This document shows, piece after piece, positions 43,468 to 57,017 of a stretch of DNA of 64,000 nt. A program made the position numbers and the translations under genes. The notes beneath the pieces were generated by a model. The model worked only from the letters and a program-made list of their open reading frames with translations, searched no databases and was not told where the DNA came from. Position 1 is the first letter of the stretch; the number at the start of each line of letters is the position of its first letter. Source of the stretch: Lama glama (lineage: Eukaryota); contig CM052816.1 of NCBI GenBank assembly GCA_028534125.1, positions 7,008,001 through 7,072,000 on the forward strand, read 5' to 3'.

Positions 43468-44658
43468 TTTTAATTGAAAAATAGCTGATGTGTAATGTAT
43501 TAGTTTCTTGTGTACAGTAAAGCAATTCAGTTATACATATATATATATTCTTTTTCAGATTCTTTTCCATTATAGGTTATTAAAAGATATTGAATACAGT
43601 TCCCTATGCTATACAGGAGGTCCCTGCTGTCCATCCATTTCACATAAAGCATCATGTATATGTTAATCCCAAACTCCCAGTTTATCCCACCTTCTCCCCA
43701 CTCTGGTAACCATAAGTTTTTCTCATGAGTCTATTTCTGGTTTGTAAATAAGTTCATTTGGATCATTTTTTTATTCCACATGTAAGTGATATCATACAAT
43801 GTTTGTCTGACTTACTTCACTTAGTATGATAATCTCTAGGTCCACCCATGTTGTTGCAAATGGCATAATTTCGTTCTTTTTCATGACAGAGTAGTTTTCA
43901 TTGTATAAATATACCACAACTTCTTTATCCAGTCATCTATTAATGGACATTTAGGTTGCTTCCACGTCTTGGCTATTGTAAATAGTTCTGCTGTAAATAT
44001 TGGAGTGCATGTATCTTTTCTAATTAGAGTTTTCTGCAGATATATGCCCAGCAGTGGGATTGCTGGATCATACAGTAACTCTATTTTTAGTTTTTCAAGG
44101 AACTTCCATACTGTTCTTCATAGTGGCTACACCAACTTACATTTCCACCAACAGTGTTGGAGGGTTCATTTTTCTCCACACCCTCTCCAGCATTTATTTG
44201 TAGACTTTTAATGATGGCCATTCTAACTGGTGTGAGGTGATACCTCATTATAGTTTTGATTTGCATTTCTCTAATAATTAGCGATATTGAGCATCTTTTC
44301 ATGTGCCTGTCAGCCATCAGTATGTCTTCTTTGGAGAAATATCTATTTAGGTCTTCTGCCCATTTTTGATTGGGTTATTTGGGTTTTTTGATATTAAGCT
44401 GTAGGAGCTGTTTGTATATTTTGGAAATTAATCCCTTGTTGGTCGCATGGTTTGCAAATATTTTTGCCCATTCTGTAGGTTGTCTTTTCGTTTTGTTGAT
44501 GGTTTCCTTTGCTGTGCAAAAGCTTTTAAGTTTAATTAGGTCCCATTTGTTTAGTTTTGCTTTTATTTATGTTACTCTAGGAGATGGGTCCAAAAAAATA
44601 TTGCTGTGATTTATGTGAAAGAGTGTTCTGCCTGTGTTTTCCTCTAGGAGTTTTAGAG
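43468..44658 (-). mobile_element. 5'-truncated L1 (ORF2 C-terminus plus 3'UTR)
   Basis: TSD ttcatctactatt (43455-43467) / ttcatctgctatt (44659-44671); ORF 44087..44317 reads [33 protein letters not shown]1 ORF2. Confidence 0.95.
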
Positions 44659-44756
44659 TTCATCTGCTATTAAGACTCCACCCCATCTCCTTGTCCATTC
44701 ACTTCACGTTAGTGCTGAGTACAGCATTCCACGTTCAACATTAATGGCAGATACTT

Positions 44757-45310
44757 TGTATTTGGGGTCTCCAAGACCACTCCATGTTCGAAGATTTGAT
44801 AGGACTCACAGACTCAGTGTATAGTTGTACTGACAGCTAAGATTTCTTACCATGATATATTAAGGATACACAGCTAGATGGTACAGGGAGAAGGCACAGG
44901 CAGAGTCTAAAGGGATCCACGTGCAAACTTCCTTACTCTTTCCATCCCATGAGTACAGAGTTCACTCTTACCCCAAAAAGACAGCCATATGTATGAAATG
45001 TTTCTGCCCAGAGAGACTGAGAGAAATTGTTTAGAGATTCATTTAGGGTTTTTATTGGGTGCTGGTCACATAAGTACCCTCTGCCTAGCACATCCCCAAA
45101 TTCCAGGCTCCAAGGAGGAAAGCAGATGTTCAGCACAAATCACATTGTTTATACAAGCAGTCAAGGCACAGTGAGGCACTCTTGTCAGTTAGGGCAAGTG
45201 GGAACACTCCCCAAATCCAAACTCCATGTGTCAACCAAGGGCCAACATTGTAAGCGGGTCCATCATAAGACAGCAGCCTCATGCCTGCTATGTTGACCCT
45301 TTTCTGCACA
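44757..45310. mobile_element. Solo LTR (ERVL, MER21-like)
   Basis: TG...CA termini, 5-bp TSD tactt/tacct, start tgtatttggggtctccaagaccac; family name tentative. Confidence 0.75.
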
Positions 45311-45960
45311 TACCTTGATCTGATTTCTTACATTTCTAATGTTAAACACCACATTCTGTTACATTCACTATTAGCTGCTGAACCATCTTCTGCTCCATTC
45401 ATTAACCCTAGATACAACATTTTACTCCATGCACTATTAATGCCAGATACACATTCTGCCCCATTCCCTCCATGCTAGGCCCAACATTCTATTCCATTCT
45501 TCTAACACGACGTAGCTTCCACCACATCCACATCAGACACTAATTCTCCTCCAGTCACCCTGATGATAAATGCAACATTCTGTTCCTTTCATTGTTAACT
45601 TTCGATTTCACATTCTGCTTCATTCACTTTTAACACTTGACAGAATGCTCTGCTTCATTTTCTATTAATGCCAGACACCACATACTCCTCCATTCACCCA
45701 TACTTGAGCTACAACATTCTGCTTCGTTGTACTATGAATGCTCGATGCCTTGTTCCGCTTTGCTCTCTTTGGATGCTAGGCACTGCGCTCCGCTACATTC
45801 ACTACTGTCGTTGGAGCCACATTCTGCGTGACTCACTCAACACCAGACACGACATTCTGCTCTACTGTTAATGCCAGACGCCACACTTGGCTCCCTTCAG
45901 CCTGACGTGAAATGCAATATTCTGCACCATTTCTAGTGAATGCCACACTTAACATTCTGT

Positions 45961-46410
45961 TTTGATACAGAAAAGTTGAAAGAATATACAGTGAACACCC
46001 TAAGAGCCTTCACTTGGATTCCAGTAGTTATCATTTTGTCACATTTACTGTCTCTCTCTAGTTATAGGTAGGTGGGTAGATAAGTAGGTAGATAGATGCA
46101 GTTTCTGCTGAATCATGAGAAGGTTGCAGACATCATGAAAAGTCACCCCTAAATAAGGAATAAGGATCACAATGATATCATCACATCTAAAAATTAACAT
46201 TAATTGAATAATAATTACTATTGAATTAGAAAAAGTCCATAATTTCGTCTAATACAGAACCTGTACATTTTCCCAATTGTCAAAAAAAAAATGTCGTCAA
46301 TGGACATGGTGAGGGATCCAATCAAAGATTCTATAAAGATTCATATTGCATACAGTTGTTCTTTTAATCTAGAACAGTCTCCCCACTGTTTTTTGTTTTT
46401 CATGATACTG
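45961..46410 (-). mobile_element. Old L1 (L1MC-like) 3' fragment
   Basis: acagaaaagttgaaagaatatacagtgaacacc...gttgcagacatcatga motifs. Confidence 0.65.
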
Positions 46411-49110
46411 AATATTCCATTAACCTTCAATGCAAGACATGACACTTCACTTCATTTGCCATCTATACCAGACACCACTCTCTTCTCTATTCACCCTCCC
46501 AAGAAAACTCAACAATCTGCCCTTTGTGCTATGAATGCTAGACTTTGCATTCTGCTACATTTACTATAAATGCTCAAAACCAAATTCTCTGTTTACCGTT
46601 GCCAAGTGACAACACATTCTGCTCTGTTCATTCATAACAGCAGGCATAATGCTCTGCTTCCTTTTAGGCTCAATATGCCGCCCCACTCTCTATTAATAGT
46701 AGATGCCACATGCTCCTTCACTTATAATCTACACTAGACTCAACATTCTGCTCCACTCACTGTTAACCCTGGACTTGATGTTGGGCTCTGTTTGCTATAA
46801 ACATTCAACCTGATATTCTTCCCCCTTCACTTTATTTTTTTGCATAAATTCAGGGACATTTAATCTATTCACAAAGTTGTATACCTTCACCACTATCTAA
46901 TTCCAGATCATTTTCATCACCCCAAAAAGAAACCCCCATATTCATTAATAGTCACCCCTTGCTCCCCCCTCCACCAGCCTTCAGCGACCAGTAACCTACT
47001 TTCTATCTCTTTGGATTTGCCTATTCTAGATATTTCACATAAGTGGAATCATGTAACATGTGCACTTTTATAACTGGCTTCTTTCATTTAGGATCATGTT
47101 TTCAAAGTACATCCATGCTGTAGAAGGTATCAGTTCTTCCTTTCTTTTTGTGGCTGAAAAATATTCCATTGTGTAGATACATCACGTTTTGTTTAGCTCT
47201 TCATCAGTTGATGGACATTTAGGTTATTTTCACTTATTGGCTATTTTAATAATGCTGCTATGAACATCTGTACAAGTTTTGTGTGGACATATGTTTCCAG
47301 CTCTCACAACTATATGCGTTAGAGTGGAATTGTTGGGTCATGTGTAATTATATGCTTAACTTTTTGAGGAACTGCCGAACGATTTTCCTAAGTGGCTACA
47401 CCATTTTATAATCCTGCCAGGGTTCCAGTTTCTCCACATCCCCATTAATGCTTGTCATTCTCTGTCTTTTTTATTCTAGACATCTTAATATCTGTGAAGT
47501 GGTATCTCACTATAGTTTTGATTTGCATTTTCCCAATGACTGATAATGTTGAGCACCTTTTCATGTGCTTATTGGCCGTTCCTATATCTTCTTTGGAGAA
47601 ACTATTCAAAAATTCTGCCCACTTTTTATTTGGAGTATTTCTCTTTTTATTGTTGCATAATAGTTCTTTGTGCATTGTGCATTTTAAAGCCTTATCAGAC
47701 ATACAGTCAGCAAATGTTTTCTCTCCTATGGGTTGTCTTTTCACTTGACTGATAATGCCCTTTATACCAAAACGTTTATGATTTTGATGAAATCTAATTT
47801 ATATTTTCTGTTGTTGCTTGTGCTTTTGGTATCATATTTAAGAAATTAATGCCTAATCAAAACCATGAAGATTTACATGTATATTTTTTGTAAGGGTTTT
47901 ATAGTTTAGCTCTAAATTTAGGGTTTCATTTCATTTTATTTTCATATATGGTATGAGGGAGGGATGTCATTCTTCTGCATGTGGATATCCAGTTATCCCT
48001 CCGTTGAAGTTACAACCTTCTCAAAAATCAATTGACTATAGATGTATGGGTTTATTTTTGGATTCTCAATTCTATTCCATTTATCCATATATTGGTCTTT
48101 ATGCCAGTGTCACACTTTTGATTACCATAGCTTTGTAGTAAGTTTTGAAATTGGGAAGTATGAGTCTTCCAATTTTGTTCCTTTTAAAGATGGTTTTGGC
48201 TATTCTGAGTCTCTTGTATTTCGATATGAATATAAATTTTAAGATCAGCTTGTAAAATTCTGCAATAACAACCCAAAAAAGGGATTTTGGTTAAAAATGC
48301 ATTGAGTCTACGTAAGAATTTGGAGTATTGCCATCGTAATATTATTAAGTCTTCTAACCCATAGACACAGGATGTATTCCTATTTATTTAGGTCATACTT
48401 AATTTCATCCCACTGCTTTCTAGACCCCATAGTTCTAACAAGAAATCAGCGGTTAATCTTACTGAGGATACCTTGTACACGATGAGTTGCTTTTCTGTTG
48501 CTGCTTTCACAATTCTTTTTCTTTGACTTCTGACAGTTTGCCTATGGTGTGTCCAGGTGTGGATCCCTTAGAGTTTATCTTGCTTGGGGTACACTGCCCT
48601 TCCTACATATGTACATTAGTGGTTTCATCAACTTTGAGAAAATTTTGGCCATTATTTCTTCAAATATTCTTTCTGCCTTTCTCTGTCTCTCCTTGTCTTC
48701 AGAGACATCCATTAAACATATGTTAATGCATTTGATGGTTCCCCCACACAGCTGTGAGGCTCTGTTTATTTCCCTTCATTCTGTTCCTCAGGCAGGATAA
48801 CCTCAAGTTCACTGATTCTTTCTTCTGTCTACTCAAATCGATGTTAATCCTCTCTAGTAAAATTTTCTCAGTTATTTTACCTTTTAACTCCAGAATTTCT
48901 ACTTGATTCTTTTTTTAAAATTTCTATCTCATGCTCTATTGGGTGGGACTTTGTTGTCATACTTTTAGTTAGTTCTTTAGACAAGGTTTCTTTTTGTTCT
49001 TTGAACATATTAAAAATATAACTGATTTAAAGCATTTGTTTATTAAGTCCAACATCTGAGCTTCCTCAGGCACAACTCTTTTTAACTGCCTTTTTTCTTA
49101 TGTATGGGCA

Positions 49111-49467
49111 TGACTTAGTCAATCCAGGCTTCTCTAACAAAGCACCATAGTCTAAATGGCTTAAAAACAACAAAAATTTATTTCTCACACTTCTAGGGGC
49201 TGGAAGTCCGAGGTCAGGGTGCCAGCATAGCTGGCTTGGTGAAGATCCTCTTCCAGTTGTGAACTGCTGACTTATTTTTGTACCCTCACGTGGTAACAAG
49301 AGAGCAAGCTAGCTCTCTGGACTCTCCTTAGAAAGGCAGAATCCCATTCATGAGGGCCCCACTCTCATGATCTCATTACTTCCATGGCCCCGTCTCCAGA
49401 TACTATCACATTGTGATTAGGGTTTCAACATATGAATTTGGTGAGGACAAATATTCAGTCCATGGCA
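49111..49467 (-). mobile_element. MLT1 (MaLR) solo LTR nested in L1
   Basis: aatttatttctcacacttctaggggctggaagtccgaggtcagggtgccagca...tttcaacatatgaatttgg...attcagtccatggca; TG/CA ends. Confidence 0.85.
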
Positions 49468-50356
49468 TTGACCATACTTTCTCGTTTCTCTGCATAGTCT
49501 ACATTTTTTTGTTGAAAAATTCACATTTTACATAATATAATGTGAAAATCTCTGAAAACTGGATTCTCCTCCCTCCTCAGGATTTATTGTTGTTGTTTGT
49601 TAGTTAAAGTAACTTTTGGAACTAATTCTGTAATATCTATATTCTTTATTTTGTGGGGCCACTGAAGTTTATACTCAGTTAGCTAAGTGGTTAGAAAAAT
49701 CGGACAGAGATTTCCTTAAACGCCTGGACCCTAAAAATCTCCTAGCCTTTGCCTAGGGGCTTTGTGTGGGCATTAGGTTATCCTTTCAACAATCAGCTAA
49801 GAAATTTACAACTTTGCCTTAGCCTTTATTTCCAGTTTCCTCAGTGCATCAAGGTTAGCCAGAGTTGAGGGCTAAGAGCCTTCTCAGGTCTTCCCTGGGC
49901 ACACACATCTGAGAATGCACATAGATTTCCAGGAATATATCTAGTTTCCTAAAGCTCCCTATGGACATCTCAATCCCCAGATTTTCCTTTTAAGCTTTTT
50001 GATCAACGTATTGTTTGTCTGAACTGTTACCAACTGCCTAATGCTGATGTAATGTTCAACAATTGCCAATGGTTGTTTTCAACAAATGCCTATAAGAAAA
50101 AGCCTGTTCACACTAGGCTAGCTCCAAATCAGGTCAAATAAACACAGCCTTGTGAGTGGGGTCTTTCAGTGAAACCACAAGACAGGTCAAAAACCAATTC
50201 TCTGAGAATGCAGCTTAAAAGATCCTACTTTGTCCTGCCCCATCAATAGCTATCAGGATACTGGTGTTCACTGTGCTTGCTGTTGGTTTTCAAGGCTAGC
50301 ATGCAGCTGAGGATGAGAGGATGGGAATAGGGCAACTTAAAACACCGCAAAGCACC

Positions 50357-50878
50357 AGGGGAAATAAAAACATGTCCACACAATAACTTATACACTGATG
50401 TTCATTGCAGAATTATTCATAATAGCCAAAAGGTAGAAACAACCCAAATGCCCATCAACTGATGAATGGACCAACAATATGTGTTACATCCATACCATGG
50501 AATATTATTTGGCCATGAAAAGAATAAAATACTGGCACATGCTACAGTATGGATGAAATCTTGAAAACCTTAGGCTAAGTGAAAGAAACTAGTGTCATAA
50601 AAGGCCACAGATGGTATGATTCCATTCATATGAAATGTCTAGAACAGAGAAATCTATAGAGACAGAAAGTAGATTCATGGTTGCCTAGGACTGGAGGAAG
50701 AGAATGGGGGGAACAGGGGAATGACAGTTAAAAAGGTAGTAGGTTGATTTTTGAGGTGATGAAAACCTAAAATTGACTGTGATGATAGTTGCACATATTT
50801 ACGAATGTATAAAGCCATTGAGCTGTACATGTTAAATGCGTATGGTGTGTGAATTATATCTCAATAAAGACAGGGGGA
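50357..50878 (+). mobile_element. L1MB-like 3' end nested in opposite orientation
   Basis: aacaacccaaatgcccatcaactgatgaatgg...gaattatatctcaataaag. Confidence 0.85.
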
Positions 50879-51411
50879 TTAATGCCACTAAGCTTGCTGT
50901 TTGTACTGAGATTCAGTTGATTTTCTTAAATAAATGCTCACAGGATTGCTGTTAGCCTTTGATTAATTAACAGAGTTCTGAAAAAAGCTGGTTCTGACCA
51001 TTTTTGATAGTGTCCTTGTTGCTTTTATGGGGGGAGAGTTTTCGTAGATCTCACACTGCCATTCTCACCGACATCCTCCATTTACTTTTAACACTGGCTA
51101 CAACCTTCTGTTCGTATCACCCCTAGACTGAACACAACATTCTGTTCCACCAAATAATGATGCCACAAACACCCTCCTCCTCTCTTTGATGCTCTTCTAG
51201 GCACTGTATTCTTTTTTCACCAATATTCTGTCCAGTCTTCTTGAGGCATTTCTCTCTGCTCCCCTCCACACCCTCCAGCCTAGTATCCCAGCTGACAGGG
51301 GGCAGCAGTGGGTGATGGGGGCAGTTCCTGAGGAGCAGAAAACATCCCGCTGTACTCAGTATTTCACTCTCCTCGCCCCTTACTCCCCTGTGCCCCCCAC
51401 CCCCGCTCCAG

Positions 51412-51558
51412 GTGTCCTACGTGAAAGCCATCGACATTTGGATGGCTGTGTGCCTGCTCTTCGTGTTCTCAGCCCTGCTCGAGTATGCCGCCGTCAACTT
51501 TGTGTCTCGGCAGCACAAAGAGCTGCTCCGATTCAGGAGGAAGCGAAGACATCACAAG
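51412..51558 (+). CDS. GLRA1: GLRA1 exon 8, TM3 and basic cluster ([49 protein letters not shown])
   Basis: ctccag| acceptor, AAG|gtaggc donor, 147 nt. Confidence 0.98.
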
Positions 51559-52719
51559 GTAGGCCTTTGGGTCACTGCCCAAGGAGGGACAGCTGGTGGT
51601 GAACAGCAGCGTTCCAGGAAGCCTTATCTTGTGATACTTGTCTCCCTGGACCATCCTTCTCAGGGGGTAAAGCGGGCACAAAATAGGGGTTAAAGTCCTG
51701 GAAGTCCGAGCTTCCCCTCCCATAGATAATGCCCCGACCGAGTCTAGAGGCGGTCACTCTTCCAACCACAGTAACACTGAAGAAACGATCGGGTTCCAGC
51801 TGAGGACAGAACTGACAGAGCCGACACTGACGTAGCCAGAATAATAACTAGCTACAAGCACAAAGCATGGCAGGCCGAGGGATCTTTATGGGCGTTTCCC
51901 GCAAGAGAAGGCTGCATTAGTTCAACGGGCTTGGTTCCAAAGGGAACCGCACCACAAGAGATGAGATCTCACAGTACAATGTCCAATTTCCAGGCCTTTG
52001 TTTCTTTCTTTCAAGAAAAGGGCAGCCAGCAAGAGCCTCCCCCAGAGTGGGTTCTCTCACCTTATGGGCAACTGAAGGGAGAAATACTTTGGCAGGCCAC
52101 CTCTGGAAAGTCACCCACCTTTGTTAACTCAGTGGTTGTGTGTCAACCAGCAAATGGCACTGGGGAGCATGTGGCCTGTGGGAGCAAACCGGCTCCACAC
52201 CCTAGTCCGCGAGCACTTCCCCAGGAGAACTTCCTCCTCAGGGTCCGAGAACCCGCTTGTCTCTCCAGCCTCATCTTCATATCACTTTCTCCTTTCCTCC
52301 CTGAGCACCATCTACACTGGCTTTTCTCATAGTTCCTCAACATACACACAGGACTTCAGGTATCCTGTTCTCAACTCCTGAATTGCTCTTCCTGCGCACT
52401 CTGCTTGGTGTGAACCCACACATTTTCCAGTTCTCAGCTGAGGCATCTTCCCCTGACACCCTGGTCCAGGTGTAGGTTCTGTACTGAAGTGCTTAGGCAA
52501 GGCTGTTAAGTACGGTGGAGCAGGGTGTATCCTACCAGGGCCCCCAGCCAAGGAGGACTTGTCTAAGTCCTGCCCTGGCATGGACTGTATCAGCCAGAGG
52601 AAGGGATCCCAATTCATGCCCCCAGAGAGGGCGATGCCTTTCTTCTGATTTGCACAAAGACACTGTTTATGCTGGCAAAGACCATATTCTAATTGAACTC
52701 AATTTCTTTCCTTCCAAAT

Positions 52720-52900
52720 GTGTATCTTGATTTATAATTATACATATAATTATGTGATTGTTTAATGTTCATCTTCCACTGAGTCATAAGCTCCGTAAGG
52801 GCAGGACCATGTCTACTCTTGCTCAGTGCTGTATCGCTGGTGCTTAACACAAGGCTTGATACATAGTGAACGTGCAATAAGTATTTGTTGAGCAAGTGGA
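52720..52900 (+). mobile_element. L2 3' end
   Basis: aagctccgtaagggcaggaccatgtc...caataagtatttgttga. Confidence 0.7.
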
Positions 52901-54929
52901 CAAAGGGATTAAAAAAAACACTAATGAAGAAAGTTAGGAGACCTTCCAATCAAAGAGGCTGCTTGGAAGTTTTTTCAGCAATGGATTAGGGCAACCAAGA
53001 ACTCACACCCTGTGATCTGTCAGGCCATACCACATACCTGCCATACACCAAGGCTCTACCTGCTTTAGACTGACTGAAAACAGCTGTCTCCCCAGCTAGA
53101 AGGGGCCCTGCACAACTCCAGGGGGTGCTATTTGCATAGCCTAAAATGTGAATGCAGCTCCCTGCAGATGTGTGATGTGGTGGGCCTACAGTTCCTCCAA
53201 AGGCTGCCTTTGCCAAATGCCTACCATGTTTCCACTCTAGGGGAAAACAAAAGCTTTCTTCCTGGCCAGGTCAAGTGTGAACAGGGCCACTGTGCAGATG
53301 TAATCAGATTCTTCCGCGCAGTTCCCTCCTTGCTCTCTGACAGCATGTTAGTGCTGGAAGAGCTCTCAGAGAGCATCCCATCCACTCCTCCTGCGCAGAC
53401 GAGGACAGTGGGGAGGAGCAAGTCACCAGGATTGTGGAGGCACTGATGGCAAAGGCAGGGAGGTGCTCCAAGACCCATGGTGGTTCTCAAAACACTGACC
53501 ATACATCATCAGTTGCTTATCTGTTCATCAGCGTTTCCATCCGAAGCAGATAAAAATATTCCTGCATTTATTAGATCTTAAATAGGAGCTAAGATTTATC
53601 CTAAGGTGGAGACCAGAAACCAGTAGCTAGAAGGTCAAACTTACCACACAAATATCTTTAATTTCACTAGCAGCATTTTAAAAACCTAGAATCAACTGCC
53701 AGCGTTTAAAAGTCACACTTCAAGCTTCACTCAAAACACAGCCTCTGGTCCCGCTGGATTCACATCCCACAGGGTACAGGAGCGCTGCAAATGTCTTTGG
53801 GTAGGGAATGCATTCCACAGTCCCTTCTGAGTGGAGATTTTTTCACTTTATCACTCACATTTTCCCTGCCTGGCCCCTTGTGTGCATCCAAATTAATGTG
53901 ACCTTGCACCCAAGGACTCTGAACTTGACCCAAATGTCAGAAACTGCAAGGACACAGAATTGGACTCACCCCAAAGAAAAGCTTCCTTGGAGTAAGGCCC
54001 TCCTTATGCGGCTTGCACGCTGGCAGTGCACAGGCTTGGGCTGTAGAAACCTCCTTTGAGCAGGAAGTTTGCAGAGGGGGTTTTAAGCCCCAGATGGTGA
54101 GTGAAGAGGAACTAGCTATGTGCCTGAGTTTCTCAGAGCCCGTGATCTTGGCCAGGCTCCTCAACTCCCACTATCCTCCCATGTTACCTCATTTGCTGGG
54201 CAGAAAGCATCTGGTCCTCGAATTCCCCAGCCAGCCTCATTAGTCAGATTATTAGGAGACCTCTGTGAGCCCGACTGGGCAGGCACACTACCAACCCCCC
54301 TGGGTTCTAGAGTAGCTCTCAGGTTTCCCCTTCTCCATACCTGCGCAGCTCCAGAGACAGTTGGGCATTCGTCTCCTGCCATCTGCTGGCTGGAATAGGA
54401 ATAGCAAGCTTTTGTCCAGTCATTTTCTAGGAAAACTTCTCTCCTAGCAGGTCATTGCTAGCCATCTAACTGGATGGGGCCTCCATCCCGTCCCCTCTTA
54501 TGTTTAACAGATCAGGAAAGCAGAGAATAATTCTCCCAAAGCTACATAGAAAGTTATAAAGTTTGGTGTCTCTTGCTGCATAACTAGAGGCCAGTGAAAA
54601 AAACGTTTTCAAGCACTCCACCCTGCAAGCAAGTGCACATAAGCTGATGAGCAAGAGTCGGACCCAGCCTCCTGGGCTCAGGGTCCAGGACTTCGGCCAG
54701 CTTCCCCCAGCTCCTCTCCTTGGCCCTGGCACAAACCCTCTACTTCTGCCCTCTTCGTAGGCAAATGTTTATCAAGCCCCGATCTGCCAGGCACAGGATC
54801 CTGCAGATCAACATTTGCCAAAGATTTCTTAAGCATTCATCGTATGTCTCAAATCCTCCTGGTGCTGGGAATGCAACCCCATTAAAAAAGGGGGGATGTG
54901 GAGCAAGCTGGGACTGGGGAGTATATACA

Positions 54930-55420
54930 AGGAAACATTTAGTCAACAAATGTTTGCCAACTTTTGAGCTTCTCTCCAGGAAATACATTCATGTGTCCAG
55001 CGTTGAGGGTGCCACGAACATGACAGAATTTGCCTCCGCCTGCATGGATCTTACAGTCAAATGGGAGAGACAGACAATAATCAAGGAATACAATGTGATA
55101 ACAGCTTTAAAATAAAAAAAAAATTTTAAAAAGGGAGCGATGTAGAGGGAGCACACAGCAGAGCTACCTAGCCCATGCTTGGGCTCAGGGGAGCCTCTGA
55201 GCAGGAATTAGTTCAGTGAAAAGGAAGGCGGTAGAAGCAGGGGTGGGGCTAGGAGGGTGCCCTGGGCAGAGAGAAAGGCCTGAGTAGGGGCCCAGGGGGA
55301 AAGAGGAGTGTGGCGCTTTCCAACAGGTGGAGATACTACAGGGCGGCTGGAGCACAGAATGCCAGACAGAGGATGCACAGATGGGACTGTTCAGGCCATC
55401 GAAGGATTTCCATTATCCTC
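54930..55420 (-). mobile_element. L2 fragment
   Basis: catttagtcaacaaatgttt...cttacagtcaaatgggagagacagaca; approximate. Confidence 0.55.
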
Positions 55421-56702
55421 AAGTCCATGGCAGCATATTTAAACAGTTCTCAGCCAAAGATGACCAATAAGATGTGTGTCATAACAACCCAGATGGGTTG
55501 GGGGTTGGGGAGCAGGCAGGAGGCAAGAGGAAAACGAGGCCGGAAGTTGTTACAACGAGCCCAGATGGCGGGCCGAGCTGGGGTGGCAGGACTAGAGCTG
55601 AGAGGCACTGGGGCGCCAAGGCTGTTTGCGGCCCCACCCAGGAATGAGCAAAAGACTGGGGGGCGACCCTAAAAGCCCTCACTATCTGGGAGGGCAGCAC
55701 GAGCTGCTGAAGTCTCCCCCAGAGCCATGCGCTGACTCTCCAGCTCAGCTGAGACTGAGCACCACTCAGAGCTCACAAGGAAGACAACAAAGCTGGATGT
55801 GATGAGAGCAGACGAGAGTGTCTCTCTGCTCCAGACCAGGGCGAGGTCAGCCTGAGCAGGAAAGGGCTGCAGGCACTGGGGTAGCGAGCGCAAGGCAGGG
55901 AGGTGGGAATGCACACGGGAGGCCTGAGAACGTGCAGCAAAACGGGCAGGTGTGCCAAGCACAAGGTGGGGTGGGGGGAGTCTGTAAAGGTAAGCTGGGG
56001 CCAAATGGTGTAGGGCTTGAGTGATAACCTGATAAAAATCTAGAGGTGTGTCTAAGGTCACAACCGCCAGGGAAACGGGAACACGGAGGCAGGAAGCAGC
56101 TGTGGCTTTCCTGGCTTGTGAACGGAGGTGAGGGCCACAGCCGTGCTTCCTCCTGGACCGTGCGCCCCCTCCCCGCAGCCCGTGCGCAGAAGACATTAAC
56201 TGGGGGGCAGGGTGGGGGAAGAGGACAAGGCGGCAACAGAGGCAAAGCAGGGGATCTTTCCAAATTGTCCCCTGGATGTCTAACGAAACAACATTCGGAG
56301 TGTCTGCTCGTCTATAACCTCTGATGGCCAAGAAATATTTTAAAGAGGTGGAGTGGGTCTTTTTCCCACGTAAAGGAGAAAATGAAATTAAGTCCTGAGA
56401 CTCACAGAAGGAAGTCTTCTGAGGAAGTGACTTGTGTAGTGTCATACAGCCAGCAAGTGACGGAGGGGAGACCTGAACACAGGGCTCCAGACTCCACGCC
56501 CTGCTCCCATCCCCTGGTTTGCATCTGTTTCAGCACGCAAGTGGCGCCCCTCTATAAGGCGTAACTCCTCCGCCAGCCAAAAAGCCTTGGGGAACCTGGA
56601 GAGGTGCCATCTGGGAGGCTGCGAGAGCCAGACGGGCACGGCCTGGCCCCCAGGGGAGTGCCTTGCAGAGAGGGTGCCCAGCCCCTGTCTTATTTTAAGT
56701 AG

Positions 56703-57017
<315 letters not shown>

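Larger units (their letters stand above)
46833..51075 (-). mobile_element. Old, internally deleted L1 (L1MA/MB-like) carrying nested elements
   Basis: 3'UTR motifs at 46.8-47.3 kb; ORF 47445..47744 (KHMKRCSTLSVIGKMQIKTIVRYHFT) is decayed ORF2; 5'-region-like sequence continues to ~51075. Confidence 0.8.
43380..51240. repeat. Degenerate ~35-bp tandem array in five surviving blocks (~43380-43467, ~44672-44756, 45311-45960, ~46411-46832, ~51075-51240)
   Basis: Approximate consensus ACATTCTGCTCCATTCACTATTAATGCTAGACACC; unit starts at 45351, 45385, 45417, 45451, 45484, 45575, 45610, 45645, 45680, 45714, 45819, 45852, 45917, 45952. Confidence 0.85.

Noticed and set aside
45311..45960. CRISPR-like array interpretation of the ~35-bp periodicity
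   Set aside because: Mammalian intron; the units are degenerate head-to-tail copies with no conserved repeat plus unique spacer structure, and no cas genes.
55669..56445. 258-aa antisense ORF in intron 8
   Set aside because: GC-rich, stop-poor sequence with no recognisable domain or splice structure.
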